Positions 32,711-47,700 of a stretch of 64,000 nucleotides of DNA are shown piece by piece (position 1 is the first letter of the stretch; every line of letters starts with the position of its first letter). This stretch comes from Takakia lepidozioides (Eukaryota; Plantae; Bryophyta): contig CM060733.1 of the NCBI GenBank assembly GCA_030704615.1, forward strand, positions 43,400,001 to 43,464,000. The letters are read 5' to 3'. The notes beneath the pieces were generated by a model. It was not told the origin of the DNA. It saw only the letters and a list, made by a program, of their open reading frames with translations, and did not search any database. Position numbers and translations under genes: made by a program.

Positions 32711-35700
32711 CAGGTGAGACATCATGAAAAACTCGGTAACTGTGCACGATTACTTTGATATTTTGTCTCTTCTTGAGCTGACTTCTCTTCTGCGCGTATA
32801 TCTCACTCATTCTTCCTACAATCTTTCTCTCTGCCAAGGATGTCATGTGGGCAGCTCCTTTGTCTGTTCGTAGCATCCTAACCTAGCTGCTGGCTTGACC
32901 TTTTGTCTGCCGGCTTCGGAGGATCGGGAAAGAGCTGCTTGTACATGGCTGACCTTCCATGAAGGCGACCCGTTCATGTTCTGATACATTGGCCGGAATT
33001 TGGGATTCTGGAAGATATGTAATACTAAGTCTCTCGCCTTTGTATGTCTGCGCAGTTAACAAAAGCCCTTATGTTCCATTAGCACGAACTCTGATATCCA
33101 CAGTTATCGACCTTAGCTACTTTCACTGCAACAACGAGTTTCGTCCAGTCATATCGTTTGTAAAGTTTTTGTGGGTTGTATGGAAATTGGTCAAATTGTT
33201 GTCAGTGGATTTCATTGTCATAAAACGATCTGCACAACCTTGGACTCTGTTCCAGTTTGACAAACCTGGAACTATCTCTGTGAGTCTGTATTCCCTACCT
33301 CTCAGTTATGGAGCTTATACTGATCAAAGGTTACGGCATCCTGTCAGACTTAGTAGTTTTGACCCAGTTGGTTCTGCCTGACATGGCATAGGGGAAGTGG
33401 TAAAATCTTGTGTCCAAATGCTGCTAACCTTGCTTGCGTACTCTAGGAACTGGTAATCTCAGGTCATACAGACCTCATCCCCGCAGTGGCCAGACTTGGG
33501 CTGGGCAGGTTCATTCTTGCTGCCATGGCCAGCCATCAGCTTCATGCATCCACACGAAAGACATGGATGAGCATGCAAGTTTTTGCATACTCTCTGTAAG
33601 AAGATGTGCAACATTGTTTTGCGATTGCTTCCAACACTGGGATGGCAGATTGTTTCAAATTCACTTGATTCAGGTCAAATTTGACAATGTCCCCAAGGGA
33701 AAAAGGGAAGACCTTGTAGGTCCTGGGAAATGTAGACATAGGAACCAATCCACACTTTCCCTCATGCTGGGACCTGCATCTCCAATTGATGCATAGATCC
33801 TCCATTTAGCTGGTGTGTCAATTTCCAAGTGGCTTGTGGTAACTGACAGGGTGGCTGTTCATGGTGGGGGGGGGGGCAACGGTGTGGGAGGATAGCAATA
33901 GAGCATGGTGCTACAGCAAGCTGGAATTGCACAAGCATGTTATCAAAGATTCGGATAAAGCTCTTGCCCTCAACCCTCATACTCTTCAGGCGTACTTGTA
34001 TAAAGGTGCGCCTCTACCCTTGCCGACTGGTTTCAATTATTGGTTCTGCTTCCCGCCTAGTTGAGAAAGCAACAACAAATAAAAAATGCCCTTATTTGGT
34101 TATATCACTTTAGGTAGTGTCATGGTAGTGTTCCACCTCATAGGGGCTGTCTTGACTGGCTGGAACCTTATTGGCTTCAACTCTCCAGCCTGTGGAAGGG
34201 TGCCTTACAGAGGTCACTAAGTAAGAAACAGAGTTCCTTTTTGCTTCAGTTTGTCCTGGACTAAGACCTAGCACGACAAGAAAAATTTCCCAAATTTCCC
34301 CATGTTGACCTGATGTTATCCCGGCAGAGAACACTTAATGTTGTACACGTGTATTTGGCAGCATCACTATGGCCCTCCAAGATTCTCCATTGCACATGAC
34401 CTTTTGATGGGTTTGCAGGATCATGCTCAAGCCATAAGAATGCTGATAACTTTCAAAGAAACCAGTGATATTCTATGAGGCTGTGGAGTGGGGGCTAGGT
34501 GCTTGGGCTGTAACATAAGGGTATAACTTGAAGGATCAGTTTTGTGCTAGTAGCCAAACACTTACATTGTGGAAGAATCCCCTGGTGTTGTCTATCCCTT
34601 TGTTGCCAGTCCAACCAGGGTAGGGGTGACAACCTAGTTTTGTCAATGACCTACTCAAGTGTTATGCTTGATGTTGTCACCATCAGGAGAGGCATTGGCT
34701 GCACTGGGGAAGCGGCAGGAGGCATGCCAAGTGTGGCAACAAGGCTACGAGGCCGCCCTCGGGCTACCAATGGAATTACCCATTATGGTGCAGCTCCACT
34801 GTCTTTTCATGCAGATGGGGAAGGGATCCCTTGACACTGGTCACTTGGACAGTGGTGATGTAGTAACAAGCAATGCTGATGGGGGAAATGTCACATTGCC
34901 ATTGGGTTCAAGACCTGTGAAACCACTGCAGCAAGAGGTGCCTGCTGCAAAAAAGACCAGCACAGCTGTTGTTACTAATCCAAGAAGAAAGAACAAAGTA
35001 TCTGGAACAACTGGACAGGTATCAGATTCCGAGGTGATTGAAAAGATTGATGGGGGCCCAAGAAACAGTCAGCCAAGCCGTGGCTTGCATTCACTCACAG
35101 TGGACATAAGGTTGTCGAAAGGCATTGGACAGGTCAGTTCCCGCTTCTCTAGTTTTCCACTGTGTTATACATTCCATGAACAATGTGGTCCCTGAAACTG
35201 TTACTTACCTTGGTTGTGGACTGTGGTTTGGCATTGCTATCTGTTGAGATTTAGATGAGCTGTAGTCATGGCTTGTAGATCATAAACATTAGTGAAGACG
35301 ACCTGAGTTAGTTCAAGTGCTGTGGTATTCTTGATTGTAATCAGAGTGCACTGTTCTCATAACTCATGGATATTTGGCTGTGGTGCAGGTTAACCGTGGC
35401 AATTACGAGGAGGCAGTTCGCATCTTTGATATGGTCACACCTCATCCTCTCCCCCTCTATGTCCCATTTTCACAACTTTGGAAAGGCACTATCAGGTCCT
35501 GGAGGCAGAGAATTGAGCGAATCCCTTTCGGAGAAAGTAAACCCCATAAAAAGTGGAAGAAGAGGTGGAACTAAAGGTCTTGAGAGTCTCTGCTGGCAGG
35601 TTAGAGTCTGACACCAAGGCCAACCTAGACAAACCCAACCAACCAGTGTGCTAGTAGAGGAACTGCATCCTACCAGTAATCAGCGAGTGTTGCACATCTA

Positions 35701-38700
35701 ACAGTGGACATGCTGAGGACAAAGCTGGTATGAGTCAAAATTCTAGCAGAGAGGTGAGGCTGCTGAGGTCACCTGTCTGGGCCATGGTTGTAAGAGCTTA
35801 AGGGGACAAGTCCAGATTCTTTTGGCAGTAAGCAATTTGTTTCGGAAATGCATGTTCTGCTTGAACCCCAATGTTCTCCCATGCCAGACAGGGCCCAGCC
35901 TTTCCATTTCATGGCCAACATCTTAGTCGGTTTCAGTTGCCAGTCATATGGAGGCTTGGGAGGGTTCTTGAGAAAGGTGGTTTTGTTCATATTCATTGAT
36001 AGGTAAGTGCTGCAAAACTGGTCAGGAGCCCATTCTAGTCCCTTCAAACATCAGCCGGCAAATGAGGGCAGTTCATCACAGGACATTATCACCCATGCGC
36101 CAGGATATGAGCAGGTGGATTGCAACTGATGAAGTATTTGCAATGGAACCATTCCAAACTCTCACTTCTTGGGGAGGAGGGGTCCAGCAGGGTTTTGGAA
36201 GCTCAAGTTATTGTCAGTGAGATCTCAAATCGCCAACCCAAGCCAATCTTTGTATCAGTTTCCACCTGGTGGACCATGGATTGAAAATGATGATCTCTCC
36301 AAGGACCCTAACATCATAATCGTGATGGCATAACTGTTTGTAAGGATATTTTCTGTCTGGTTGGAGTTGTCGGCCCTATCCTAGTTCCTCCTGCCCTTGC
36401 AAAGAGAGGCCCAAGCAGTCCAGTTCAGCTTTCTTTGTCTCAATGAACATACACTGGGGAGGGCAAGCCGCCTTCAGATTTCCAGGAACTCTTACACCCA
36501 TCCTCTCCCAAATACACTAGTTGTTTTAAAAGGGTAACAATGTAACTCTCTTTTCAGCCCTAAAGTTAAGAACTTGTTTTTCCCCTTCCCACAGTTGTTG
36601 AGGGAGAACCCGAGGTCATCTTCAGCACTTCTTGGGAGGGGCACTGCTTATGCGTTCCTGAGGAAGCTGGACGTGGCAGTTTCCGATTTCAGTCAGGTAT
36701 GTCAGATTCGTGAGAGCATTTCCACCACTTAGGTGTTAAACATTTACACCCAATGGTTGTTGGCATGTCCAAGGTTGTTGAATCAGGACATATATATCAA
36801 TCTTCCATGTGCCAACAATGTAGCAACCACAATAATATTATGTGAGACCGTTATAAACAGTCCCTAGTTGGCTCTTTATTGAAGAGTGAAAAAGTAATCC
36901 TAGGTTGATGGGGTTCTGGGAGTGGTGTGATAGGCTATAGCAGCAGATCCAACAGCTGGAGAGGCATGGAAGAGACGTGGCCAAGCACGTGCGGCTCTAG
37001 GAGCGAGCCTTGAGGTTTGGAAGCCGACCTTACAGTGGAGGGGCTGTACTGGATGTCAGGGGTCTGGATAAAAGGTGTACTGTACTCATTAGTGAAGGTT
37101 ATACCGGTAGGTGTTAGCAACCTGTGTCAGACAGCGTTTACAAGGAAGACCTAAGCCCAGTCACTATCATTTTAACCATGTATTCACCCCAAGGTTGAAC
37201 TAGTATTTTGTTCTGGAGGAAGTTTCGTTCAGGCTTTCCTTTGGATAGCCCATTTAAAGCAGCTGAGACAGTGATTGTTCTGGATGTTCAATCTTTATAT
37301 TAAGTCTCCCCTGAACATTGGGATTTGGCAGGCTGTTGGAGACCTATCAAAGGCTCTGGAGTTGGAGCCTAGATCACCTGACTTACTGCATGAAAGAGGT
37401 GACAACTTTTTTGAAGATTGTTTTTTTGGAACAAACTTCCATTCCTTATTCAGGGGCTGACTGGTGGAAAAAGAGGAAGGGGATTTTCGGTGCTTCTTGT
37501 GACCTGGGTGTGGTAATATGCAGGTGTTGTGTACTACAAGCTCAAGGACTTCAAGGCAGCAATTGATGATTTGCGGAGATGCTTAGCCTCAGATGCCAAC
37601 AACAAATATGCATACAATTACCTTGTGCGTGTGTGCCAGAGAGACAGAGAATATACTCATAAGACGTTGTTTGCCGTAGCCTTGTGGCCATTGACCCCGC
37701 GCCCAGTTTGAGCGGAACACAGGGGGACACAATCTATCTTTGTCAGGGCTGACGCCGAGTAATCCAATTGATCCGAGTTTTCCAGATACCCTCTAGAAAT
37801 CCCTTCACACAAACATCAATCTGCTGTGTGTGATTTGCCAATAACTTGACCCCAAAAGGGCCTGGGCTATTGGCTCAGCCTCGAGATTTCAAAGTTGGTA
37901 CAGAGCTACAGGAACAATTCCCTTGATGGAATTGAAGAGGGTGTCTCTCTGGTGAGAATACCCAGGACAATGAATCAGGCAGTGGATATAGTCTTCAGGT
38001 TGCCCACACAACAGACATTTGCAATCCCCCTTTCCTCTCTGCGTCTGTTTGCAGTTCAAAGGTAGGCTTCCCACCCTGAGTTTAATTTCAATCTACTGCT
38101 GAGATTGGGTAAAGCCTTGAGGTCAGTCATGATGGGCTCACCCATGTCTCAGACTGGCAACAAGTTCAGGGAAGTTTTCTGCCTAATTTCATTTTCATCA
38201 GACAATTTCCTGGCAACAGCCCAGCACTTAGACCCGAACATGGCCAGGGCTTTAGGCTCAGCCTCGAGATACCGTATTGTCTTCAGGCTGCCCACACATT
38301 GGCAATGAATATCTCCTTTCCTCTCTGCATCTGTTTATTGTTCAAAGGTAGGCTCCCCACCCTGAGTTTAAATTTCAGTCTAGTGCCGAGGGTAGGTAGG
38401 CCCTTCAGATCATCCTTAGTGTCCTCGCCCATGCCATAGACTGGAAACAAGTTCAGGGAAGTCTTATGTCTAACTTCATTTTCATCAGACAGTCTTCGGG
38501 CATCCGACCCCACTTTTCATTTGCCACTACAAGCGTCCTAGATCTCTCGGGTCCTGCTCTCTTTCATCATGCCTCATTCCTAACCGTCCCTAGCTCCTGG
38601 TTTTATAAATGAACTCAAAATAACTGAGATTCAATTCCTTGGGGTCAGGTTTTGGAACTGTCCTATATGAATTGTCTGCCGTCTAGGTGACTTATGACAG

Positions 38701-41700
38701 CTCCTAGATGCCCCGCAAGTCTGCAATGATTGGTCAGTTTCATTGTGTGCAGGCTTTGATCGCCAACTTTGAGGATTGGCATGCCATTGACCATGCCATA
38801 TCCTTCATTCACACATTGGTAGGTCACTGCGTGCAGAGGCATGCCTGATTCTGGGTCATCCTCTTCCAGGGCTTCAAACGGGTTGGAAACTTTTAGGTGG
38901 ACAGGGAGAAACAACACAGAAAAGACAGACAGACAGATGTAAAGCACTAATTGATCTTTCCCTGAGAATGTTGGCTATGATGTGCGCTCCAGGGCTCATT
39001 TCTCGCCTTGTTGTATCACTCCCAAAGCTGCCGTTAAGGTTTCAACCCACCAGGTAGATGAGACAGCCTAGCTTGCACCCACTAGCTAAATGGGATTCAC
39101 TGGTTATGCGCTGGCATTACCATCATCCAAGAGTGCACAAGTTCGATTCCTACACTGCTGCAGCTCTAGCTTGGCACAGATGTGACATGTGGCTGGCAGT
39201 CGCACACACAGCTGATAGAGATCCAGCTAAACTGAAACTGATTTGTGGGCTATGGGCTGGTGTTGCCATCATCCCAGAGTGCGTGAGTTTGATTTTTGCA
39301 CTGCTCCTGAAGCCCCTGGCTTGCCAGAGATGTGATACGTGGTCACTGTTTAGAGAAATAGGATAGAGAGACAGTCAATGAACAAACACACTTTGCTTGT
39401 GGTAGACTTTTGACCATAGGCCCTCCTCTGGGTTGGCAATCCAGAGAGTGGACGGGAGAGGAGGCACGGGGGCAAGGGGGGCAAGGGAGAAAGCAGAATA
39501 GTTAGGTGAAGGCTCTCTATAGTAGCTGGACTTGTCTCCATTAACAGGATAGGAATCAAGACTCAAGGTTTATGACAATTTGTGTCGCTGGTGAACAGGG
39601 ATTGTGGCCCCTGCGTTAGAGTAAAGCTCACAATCTGGTTGCCCGAAAATTAGAGCACGGCATGTTCAACAGACATGAACTTACTGCTAATTTGGGGTTC
39701 AGATTTGCTACCGTGCTGTGCACTGTGATGTTGGCCATAGAATACTCCTTTTGAAGAAGCAGAGAATGGAGAGATTGATGGTGGAGGAAGGGTGATTTGT
39801 TTGTTGGGCGTGTTACATTGACAGCGACGTTTGGGACGTTATCTGTGGCAGGGATTGGCGTTGACATCAGCAGGTGATTACGTGGAGGGCATACAGGCGC
39901 AGCGCAAAGCTGTGCAGCTGGATGTAAACTTCAAAGAGGGTTGGACTCATTTAGCACAGGTAATGGCCACAGTAAATCTACTCGCTTGAGCAATCTTTTG
40001 TTTGTCCCTCTTTTTTCTTGCCTCTGCTTTTCTTCTCTTTGCTGTTTGTTTTTAGTTTTCTCTTCTGAAAATCCTTCAAATCGAGGATCAGACCTTCTCA
40101 GTACTTCTTTTTATGTTACCTTTAATTGTAAGCATGGAGATACCTCAATGTTTATAAGGATATTGTTGAGCAGTCATGGGGGATTCTGGCAGCAGATAAT
40201 AAGTATGCAGTCTGTTTGGTTATGCCTTTTGGGGGCTTGCCACCCTTGTAGAATCCTGTAACTACCAATCTGATTGTATGCCCTTTTTTACCAGCTAATT
40301 TTTTCTCGCGTAGATCCATAAAAGAGGCCAGAGATGTCAAAAATTGAAGGACATGTTGCAGTTGAGATGCAAAGTAGCCCTTTTCACTCCGTATTCAACA
40401 AAGTGTACTCCTCACTGTTTGGATTGAGCAAAGGTGTTGTTGGCATTTGTTTTGAAGTTGTCTGCATGTTTGTGTTCTCTATCTCCTGTCAGTTAAAGGA
40501 ACAACAGCGGGTCCTTCTGTATCACATTTATTTCTCCATTGTAGGTCTTCCAGTCGCTTTCTTTGTCAGACAGTTCAATTCATCTGGCATTTGAAGGATC
40601 AGTTATGGCTAAAGTGAATAGTGAAACATTGCTCAAACAAACGACAATGATCTCAAAGTTCTCTTGGATGTGATAGACTTGGCAGAACACTCTGCTCATG
40701 GTGCACACAAGGGGCTCTTTCTTATGGAGTAAAGTTGGAAGAGGGATTGCTGGGCCTTGGGGAACTCAATTTAACTCGACTTATTGGGGTTATATGCAAC
40801 ATGCATTCCATAAGGATGTACTCCTGTGGTGGCCAGCTTCATGTTCTTCCATAGTAGCTTTCTCCATTAATTTGAGCTCCTATTTCAACATGTGTCCCAC
40901 AACTGGTTGTGACAGTCTTTCTGCGTTAGACCTGAAGTCTGACTGCTGGTTCAGTTCATGTACATGTTTGGGAATCGTTGATAGTGAGGATCATTTGACA
41001 TGGTTTTTCATACCTGAGTGGCAGTCCTACAAAGAGCTTGCAGATTCAGATAAGGCGCTCGAGTGCTTACGCAAGGCTTTAGCTCTTGATGACAAGTATG
41101 TGTCTCTCTCTCTCACTGTCTGTCTGTCTGTCTCTCTCTGTAGGGCCATGCTTTGCAACATTATTAGGCCAGCTTTGAGGAGTACTCATCTGCTGTGTGG
41201 TTCAACAATTCCAACCATGCTAAATCTCTAGAATCTATCATGTTGCGGTGCTCAAAGAAAGCATGTCAGTTTGTTCTAGAACAGCTAGTGGCTTTTCGGG
41301 GCAAGTTTAACTCACCTTCTTTAAGCTCTCGATGGGATGAATTCATGTCAGATGGTGGGGTCAGTTGAATCGAATTCCGAATACCAGATACCCCAAGATA
41401 ATTGACACTATTTCTTGGAAGCAAGTCCGTCCTGTTAAACAGGCTAAGTCTTGGCGGGAAAGGGTAGAAGAGATTTTCAAGTATCTGAATATTAGTCCAG
41501 AATAACTGTCCCCACTGGATGAAGCTGACCTCCCTGAACTTGTTTCCAGTCTGTGACATGGGCAAGGACCTCAAGGATGATCTGAAGGCCCTACCACCCT
41601 CATCACTAGACTGTAAATCTAGTGCAGATGCAGAGAGGAAAGGAGATTGTAATTGCCAGATGCAGGCAACGTGGAGACTATCTCCATTTTCTGAAACATT

Positions 41701-44700
41701 GTCCGGGGTACTCTCACCCAGAGAGTGACCCTCTTCAGGAACATCAAGAATATGGTTCCTGCACCTCTGTTCACCAACTTCGGAAATCTTGAGGCGGAGC
41801 CTAAAAAAACCTGGCCCTGTTGGGGTCAATCTTTTGGGCTGCTCACACACAGCAGATTGATGCTTGTTTTGAAGGGCTTTCTAGAGTATATCGGAAAGGC
41901 TGGAACTACTGGTTTATACCAAGGTAAATCACCAAGGTAGTTCCTATTCTATGTTTTCGTCCAAACTGGGCGCAGGGTCTATGACCACAAGCCTACAGCA
42001 CACAGGTCTTATGAGTGCATTTTCTTTTCTATCCTTGAATATGGCTAACTCCAATCTTGGATTAGTCATGGTATTGAGAAATCACTTCTCCGAGCTACTG
42101 GTACATCTCTGGTGGTAAGGCAAGTATAATGGTAATGGTTCTCTGCCCACTAGGAAGCCTATTACAATTGGGTGGACTCACCATGGGAGTAGATAAATGT
42201 CTCTGACTAAATGCCAGCCTTGTGACCCCATGACCATGTTTGTTTCGACCTGAAGCATTCTGCTTTGTGGAAGGTAGTAAAAGAGGCCTCTCCCTCTTTA
42301 GAATATGTCTATGCGGGCCATTCTCTGCAGCTCTTGTGGAGTGATGGTCTCTGAATGGTGTCAAGCAGATCCCTACCGCTTGGGGCAGCCCCTCCACTCA
42401 AAGGGGGCTGCATACTCTGTCTGGCATGCGCACTTGGGCTAGGGTATGGCCTTGTGCGGCCTTGTGCTTAATCCTATTGCCTGCAAAAACTGAAAATTCT
42501 CCTTAAAAGGTTCATAATTCCCATGTTGATTCCTGGGGACTAGAGCTTCATGTGTAGTTCTTGGGGTGAATCCCAGGATGGACGATGTGTCCTTTAAAAC
42601 TACTAGGCTTGGATTATGTGGCTGATGGCGCTATCTCGAGACTTTGTAGCAGCGGTGCAGTGACAATGTCTAAGAATGCTACACGTAGAGACTCACTTCA
42701 AAGTAATCTCAGAGAAGTTCGACCCCTTGACTGGTTGGAGAGCGATCTTAGACATTGGTGATTCAATGAGGCACTCAGGGATGACAGCCGAAGATGGGGA
42801 CTTCAACTGAGAGTTTCCAACTTGTTTGAAGCCCTGGACGAGGTTGAGCCAGAATCAGACATGTCTTTGTGCGCAGTGACCTATCAATGTGTGAATGAAG
42901 GATATGGCATGTCAATGGCCAGAATCAGACATGTCTCCGCACACAGTGACCGATCAACGTTTGAATGATGGATATAGCATGCTCAATGGCATGCCAATCC
43001 TGAAAGTTTACACAAGACCACTAAGCCTGCCTACAATGAATCTGACCAATCATTGCAGAATTGCAGGATGTCTAGGAGCTCTCATGAGCCACGTAGATGG
43101 CAGACAATGCATATGTGAAAGGCTGGTTTGCAACTCGGCACCTTCTGGGCACCTTTAACCTCTGTGGGCTGACTAACCAATGGAAACAATTCGTAGTGCG
43201 TGAAGTTCTTCAAATAAGGGCCTGCACAGTTGTGCTGGACAAGAGACATGGGAAACTGTGGACAAGAGAGTTAGGGATGTCGATGGATATAAGTGGTATA
43301 GTAAGATGTGTGCCCTCAAGGTGGCCTCTGCAAAGTGTGGTCAGAAAGGTGTGGGATCCTTTGTCTGTGATTTCTTGTGTCATAGTATACAACAAGCCAA
43401 CTTTGCAGGGCTTTTTTGTGACCATGAGCTGAATTCCAATGGCAAAAGATTAGAAAAAGTTCTGAGTGAAGAGGTCAGGGCAGAATGTCCTGGCCTTGAA
43501 AGAGGCTTCCCCACATTGTACTATGGGATTAGCTTGCCCCCTCCATGCACCTTAATCATGGCTGCCCAGTTCGGGCAATGCTCTTGAAAAGTTCTCAAAA
43601 TAGTAATCCAACCAACAACGGGGGTTAGCAAGAGCCCACCAAGGTAAGCTTGGTCCCCACCCCTTCTAGAGCTATGGTAGGACTAATAAAACATTATCTG
43701 ACCTCCGTAAATTTAGTTCAGAGGTCTGAAATAAATCCAGATGGCTTTCTCACTCACAAAAAATCTTCTTCTGAGCTTCCCATTCTCATTCCTCCGAGAC
43801 CATGCCTCTTGCAAGTAAATTCAAAAGAGCTTTCATCACCTCTGTTGCTGATAAGATCATTGGAAGGAAACTAATTGTTTGCGGTAGAGGAGTAAATTGG
43901 TGGACCGTTGAGATCAAGCTCAAGATCGCTGAGAGGCGGGAACTCTGTAAGGACTATTGTAATATAAAAAATGATAAGGATTTGTGTACCAAATGGGCAA
44001 AGATGTTAGTCGGCTTGTAAGGTCGCAAAAGAGATTACTTAAAGTTGTACAGTGACATAAACTTGAACCACCATGGTGGTAATAATAAAAGATTCTGGTT
44101 GGCCTTCCAACAATTGTACAGACCGAAAAATGGCCTGGGGTCAGAGGAAAGATGTGGAGGATAGTTCACAACCCGTATGCAAGCACCAAAAGCTGTGTTA
44201 CGGTTAATGGACAGAAATCTGACTTCTTTGATATTGACCAAGGTGTAGTTCAAGGCTGCACCCTCTTCCCACTGCTCTTCAATGTTTTCATTTGTCAGTT
44301 ACCTGAAGACGTGGAAAACGAGGGGTTGGGGTTAAAAGTGGGTGGTGCCACCATTCCAGCCCTTATGTTGGAGGATGACCTTGCCGGCCTAGGGGTCACC
44401 CCATCCAGTCTTCAGGATTTAATTGATTAAGCAAAGAGGTACTTCGACCTGTGGAAGCTAGAAGCAAATGTTAGTAAATGCACAGTGGAGGCTTTCAATG
44501 ATCATGGGGTGGGAGGTGAGGATCTCAAATGGACTTGGGGGAGTCAAGAGATCCCTCCTACAAATATCTTGGCATTGAGTTTCCTCCAGCTGCAACTGGG
44601 ACTCGCATACACAGAAAGTGGCTCAAACAGCTAAATGATACATTGTCCAGGGTATTCTTATCAGAGAATGAGCCTCTTCAGGACCATGCAGAACATTGTC

Positions 44701-47700
44701 CTGCACCTCTGTTCGTCAACTTTCAAAATATCAAGGTTGAGCCTAAAGCCCTGACCCTGGGGTTTAATTGGTGGGCAGTTCACACACAGCAGATTGAAGG
44801 GATTTCCTTGGAAAGCCTGAACTAATTGCTTATATGAAGGTAATTCCCACTACTGGAGTGAGCCCCTCACAAAGGTAGTGTCGGTTCCCTCTAGTTCCGC
44901 CCAAACTGGGAACGGTGTGTGGCCACAAGGCTACAGCAAACAATGTCTCCCTAGCTCTCTCTAGATCAGGGCTAGACAACTGTCGTTGCTTTAGAGACTC
45001 TGAATCTTTGGCCAAGGCCTTCGGCTTGAGGACCAGTGCCTGGCGGCTCTACTTTAGAGGCACTTCATCTTCTGTCTTCTCACGTGTTTTTGATTGATGA
45101 TCTACTTTTCGCCCATGGGTGCCAGGGCCGGCCAGGATGTAAAGCAGTTTCTTCTTGAAGTAGTTTTTGGTTTGTTCTACCCTGTCCCATTAGCCCTCAT
45201 GGCACTCTGTCGACATAAAGTTTCATTTTCTCTTTCTTCATCTTTTTTCTTATCCTTGATAGTTCTCATAAATCTATTCCAGGTAGAATGGGTATTAAGG
45301 GTGAAGTACCTAATTTCTGATTCAGCTGTTATCCGGATTTGGGCAGAGTGCTGAATGTTGGGAACTAGCATGTTCACTTCTGTTGAAAATCATGGGGAAT
45401 GCACTTGTATTATTTGACGTGTGAGTTCAGAGCTTACTTGGCTCTCACACTGATATCTTTGACATATGACATGTTGCACCAATGAGTCCAACTCGGTGTA
45501 AAATTCTCCATTTCCAAGTCTCAACCACAAGGGGTAAGAGCCATGTGTTCCATTCAGTGACATCTGCCGGGCTGCTTATTTGCAAGACCAAAGTGTGTTG
45601 CATGACTGCTACATACTGACTTAACTGTTGTTGTTCTTAAGCTGGCCCAGGAAGAGGCAAACTACTTTGCCATTGAATGAATGGACAATGTGCTTTCTCT
45701 GAGCATGTGCCACTTCTTAGCAACACTAGCTTATGGTTGTTCATTCATGTGGATAAGTCTAGGTGTATTTCAATGTGTGCCTTCAGATATGTGCAAGCAC
45801 ATCGCTTATGGGGAATCTTGCTTCATGGGCTTGGAGACCACAAGTAAGCCCTCACATATTCTCCATCGTCCATTCATCAGGATGATTGACTTGTTCCCCT
45901 ATAACAGTAACAAGTGATGACCATTGCTTAAATTATCCTACTGGTGACGGGTTTTTTGTACATGTAGACATTCTGAACACCAGTGTTTAAGAGGGGTCAG
46001 GAAGTCGAATCTGTCTTAGTTGCTCTTTGTCTCACAGGAATTCAGCAAAGCGGTTGACAGCAAGCTTAGAGCTTGATCTCGATAACTTGGAATGCCTCTA
46101 CTTGCGGGCCTCATGCTACCATGCTCTGGGACAGTTTACTGAGGCTGTGAGTACTTGGTCTCTGTTTGCAGATACATACCTCATGCTAAGTTGTTGGTTT
46201 GGGTTTCTGATTACTGCTCTCCTTTGTCTTCTCATCTGCACCAATTCTAGCTCGATTGTTGTGGAAATTGGGCTGTGGATTGTAGTTGTTGCATGGATTC
46301 AAATTTCTCATCTGTGTTACCATGTGATGCGATACTGTAGATTAACTGCAAGATTAGATGTGCTCTGCTTTGATTAAAGAGTTACAAAAGTGGAATGGAT
46401 GGGGAGACCACAGGTTCGAGACTATGATGTTGTGGTGAATATGGATATTGACAGCACTGAGAACCACACTCTGCAGTACTTGGCTTTCTATCAGGTACCA
46501 TGATTATTTGGTGCATGGACTTGTTGAGTAGGTACAAAATGACCAGTTCATCGATAGTAGCCCTGCTGCCAGAGAAACCCCTAAATATAACCGCTGAAAG
46601 ATGGGTGCAAATCATATGTGCATGCCTCTGTCCCAGATTGACTTTCAGTGTAGCTATTCCCAAACACATGTGACACTCAGTAGCATGAAAGGAGGTCACC
46701 AGCTCATGTAATATGAATACACTGTTACAATGTTTCCACTATTGCAAGGCATATTGTAATGTCTACAAGCAATTTTGAGAATGGAGAGAGTGAGGAAAGA
46801 CATACTTCCTGAAATTTTCATCTTTCTTCAGGCTGGTATTGGGAGGCTGGGTGGGCTAATGCATTGCAAAAAGTTTCTTTGCATGGTAGCAAAACAAAGT
46901 CAACGCATTGTCAACAGAAACATTACAATGGGGTTATTTGACAGTTTGGAACCAGCATGAGTTAGGTACAGTGGTTGGCTTACTTTGAGCTGGTCTGTCA
47001 CAGCGTGAAAATGCCTTGTATACAGCATCCAAGCTCACTGTTCCATTCAGCCGCTTTGACATTGATGGTGATCTCGACCCACTTTTCAAAGTGAGTGCCC
47101 ATTAGCTTCCTTCCATGTTGCTGTTAGTTTGCAATTTTTAGGAGGAAAGGATGCCAAGAAAAAAAGGAGGTGGGGGGGAATGTGTGTACTTTGAGCATCA
47201 ATTTCATGTTATGTCAGTAGTCTGTTAGTACTCTGCTGCCTTCATTTATCATATAGCTTACGCAGTGTGGTGGTGGGCTGGGCAGGAAGCCTGGTGTAAA
47301 AGGCTACGCCCCATAGGCTTTCTCTCGACATACAAACTGCAGCCTGTGCTAAAGGATTTACCGAAGGGGGGTCGGCTGAGACAACAAGACACAGCCCTCA
47401 CAAGGACCAAAAAGTCATTATTGGAAGCTGCTGACCAGATAGGCCGTCATATCCAATACGATTCACCAGGATTTCTTACAAATGCACGGCAGGTAATATT
47501 CTTGGCTTTGTGGGTAGGTGATGATGAGATATCTGTCTGGATTCTAACAACGGTATTGTTTGCACTGAACCTTTCTCCTAAAGTTATAGCAGTTTTGAAG
47601 GGAGTATTCTAGTGTTCCAACTTTTGGATTAGGATTACAAACGTATCGAAGACGTATCTACCGTAGCACTGCAGTTTCATCCTGCAGGTTCTTGAGTGGT

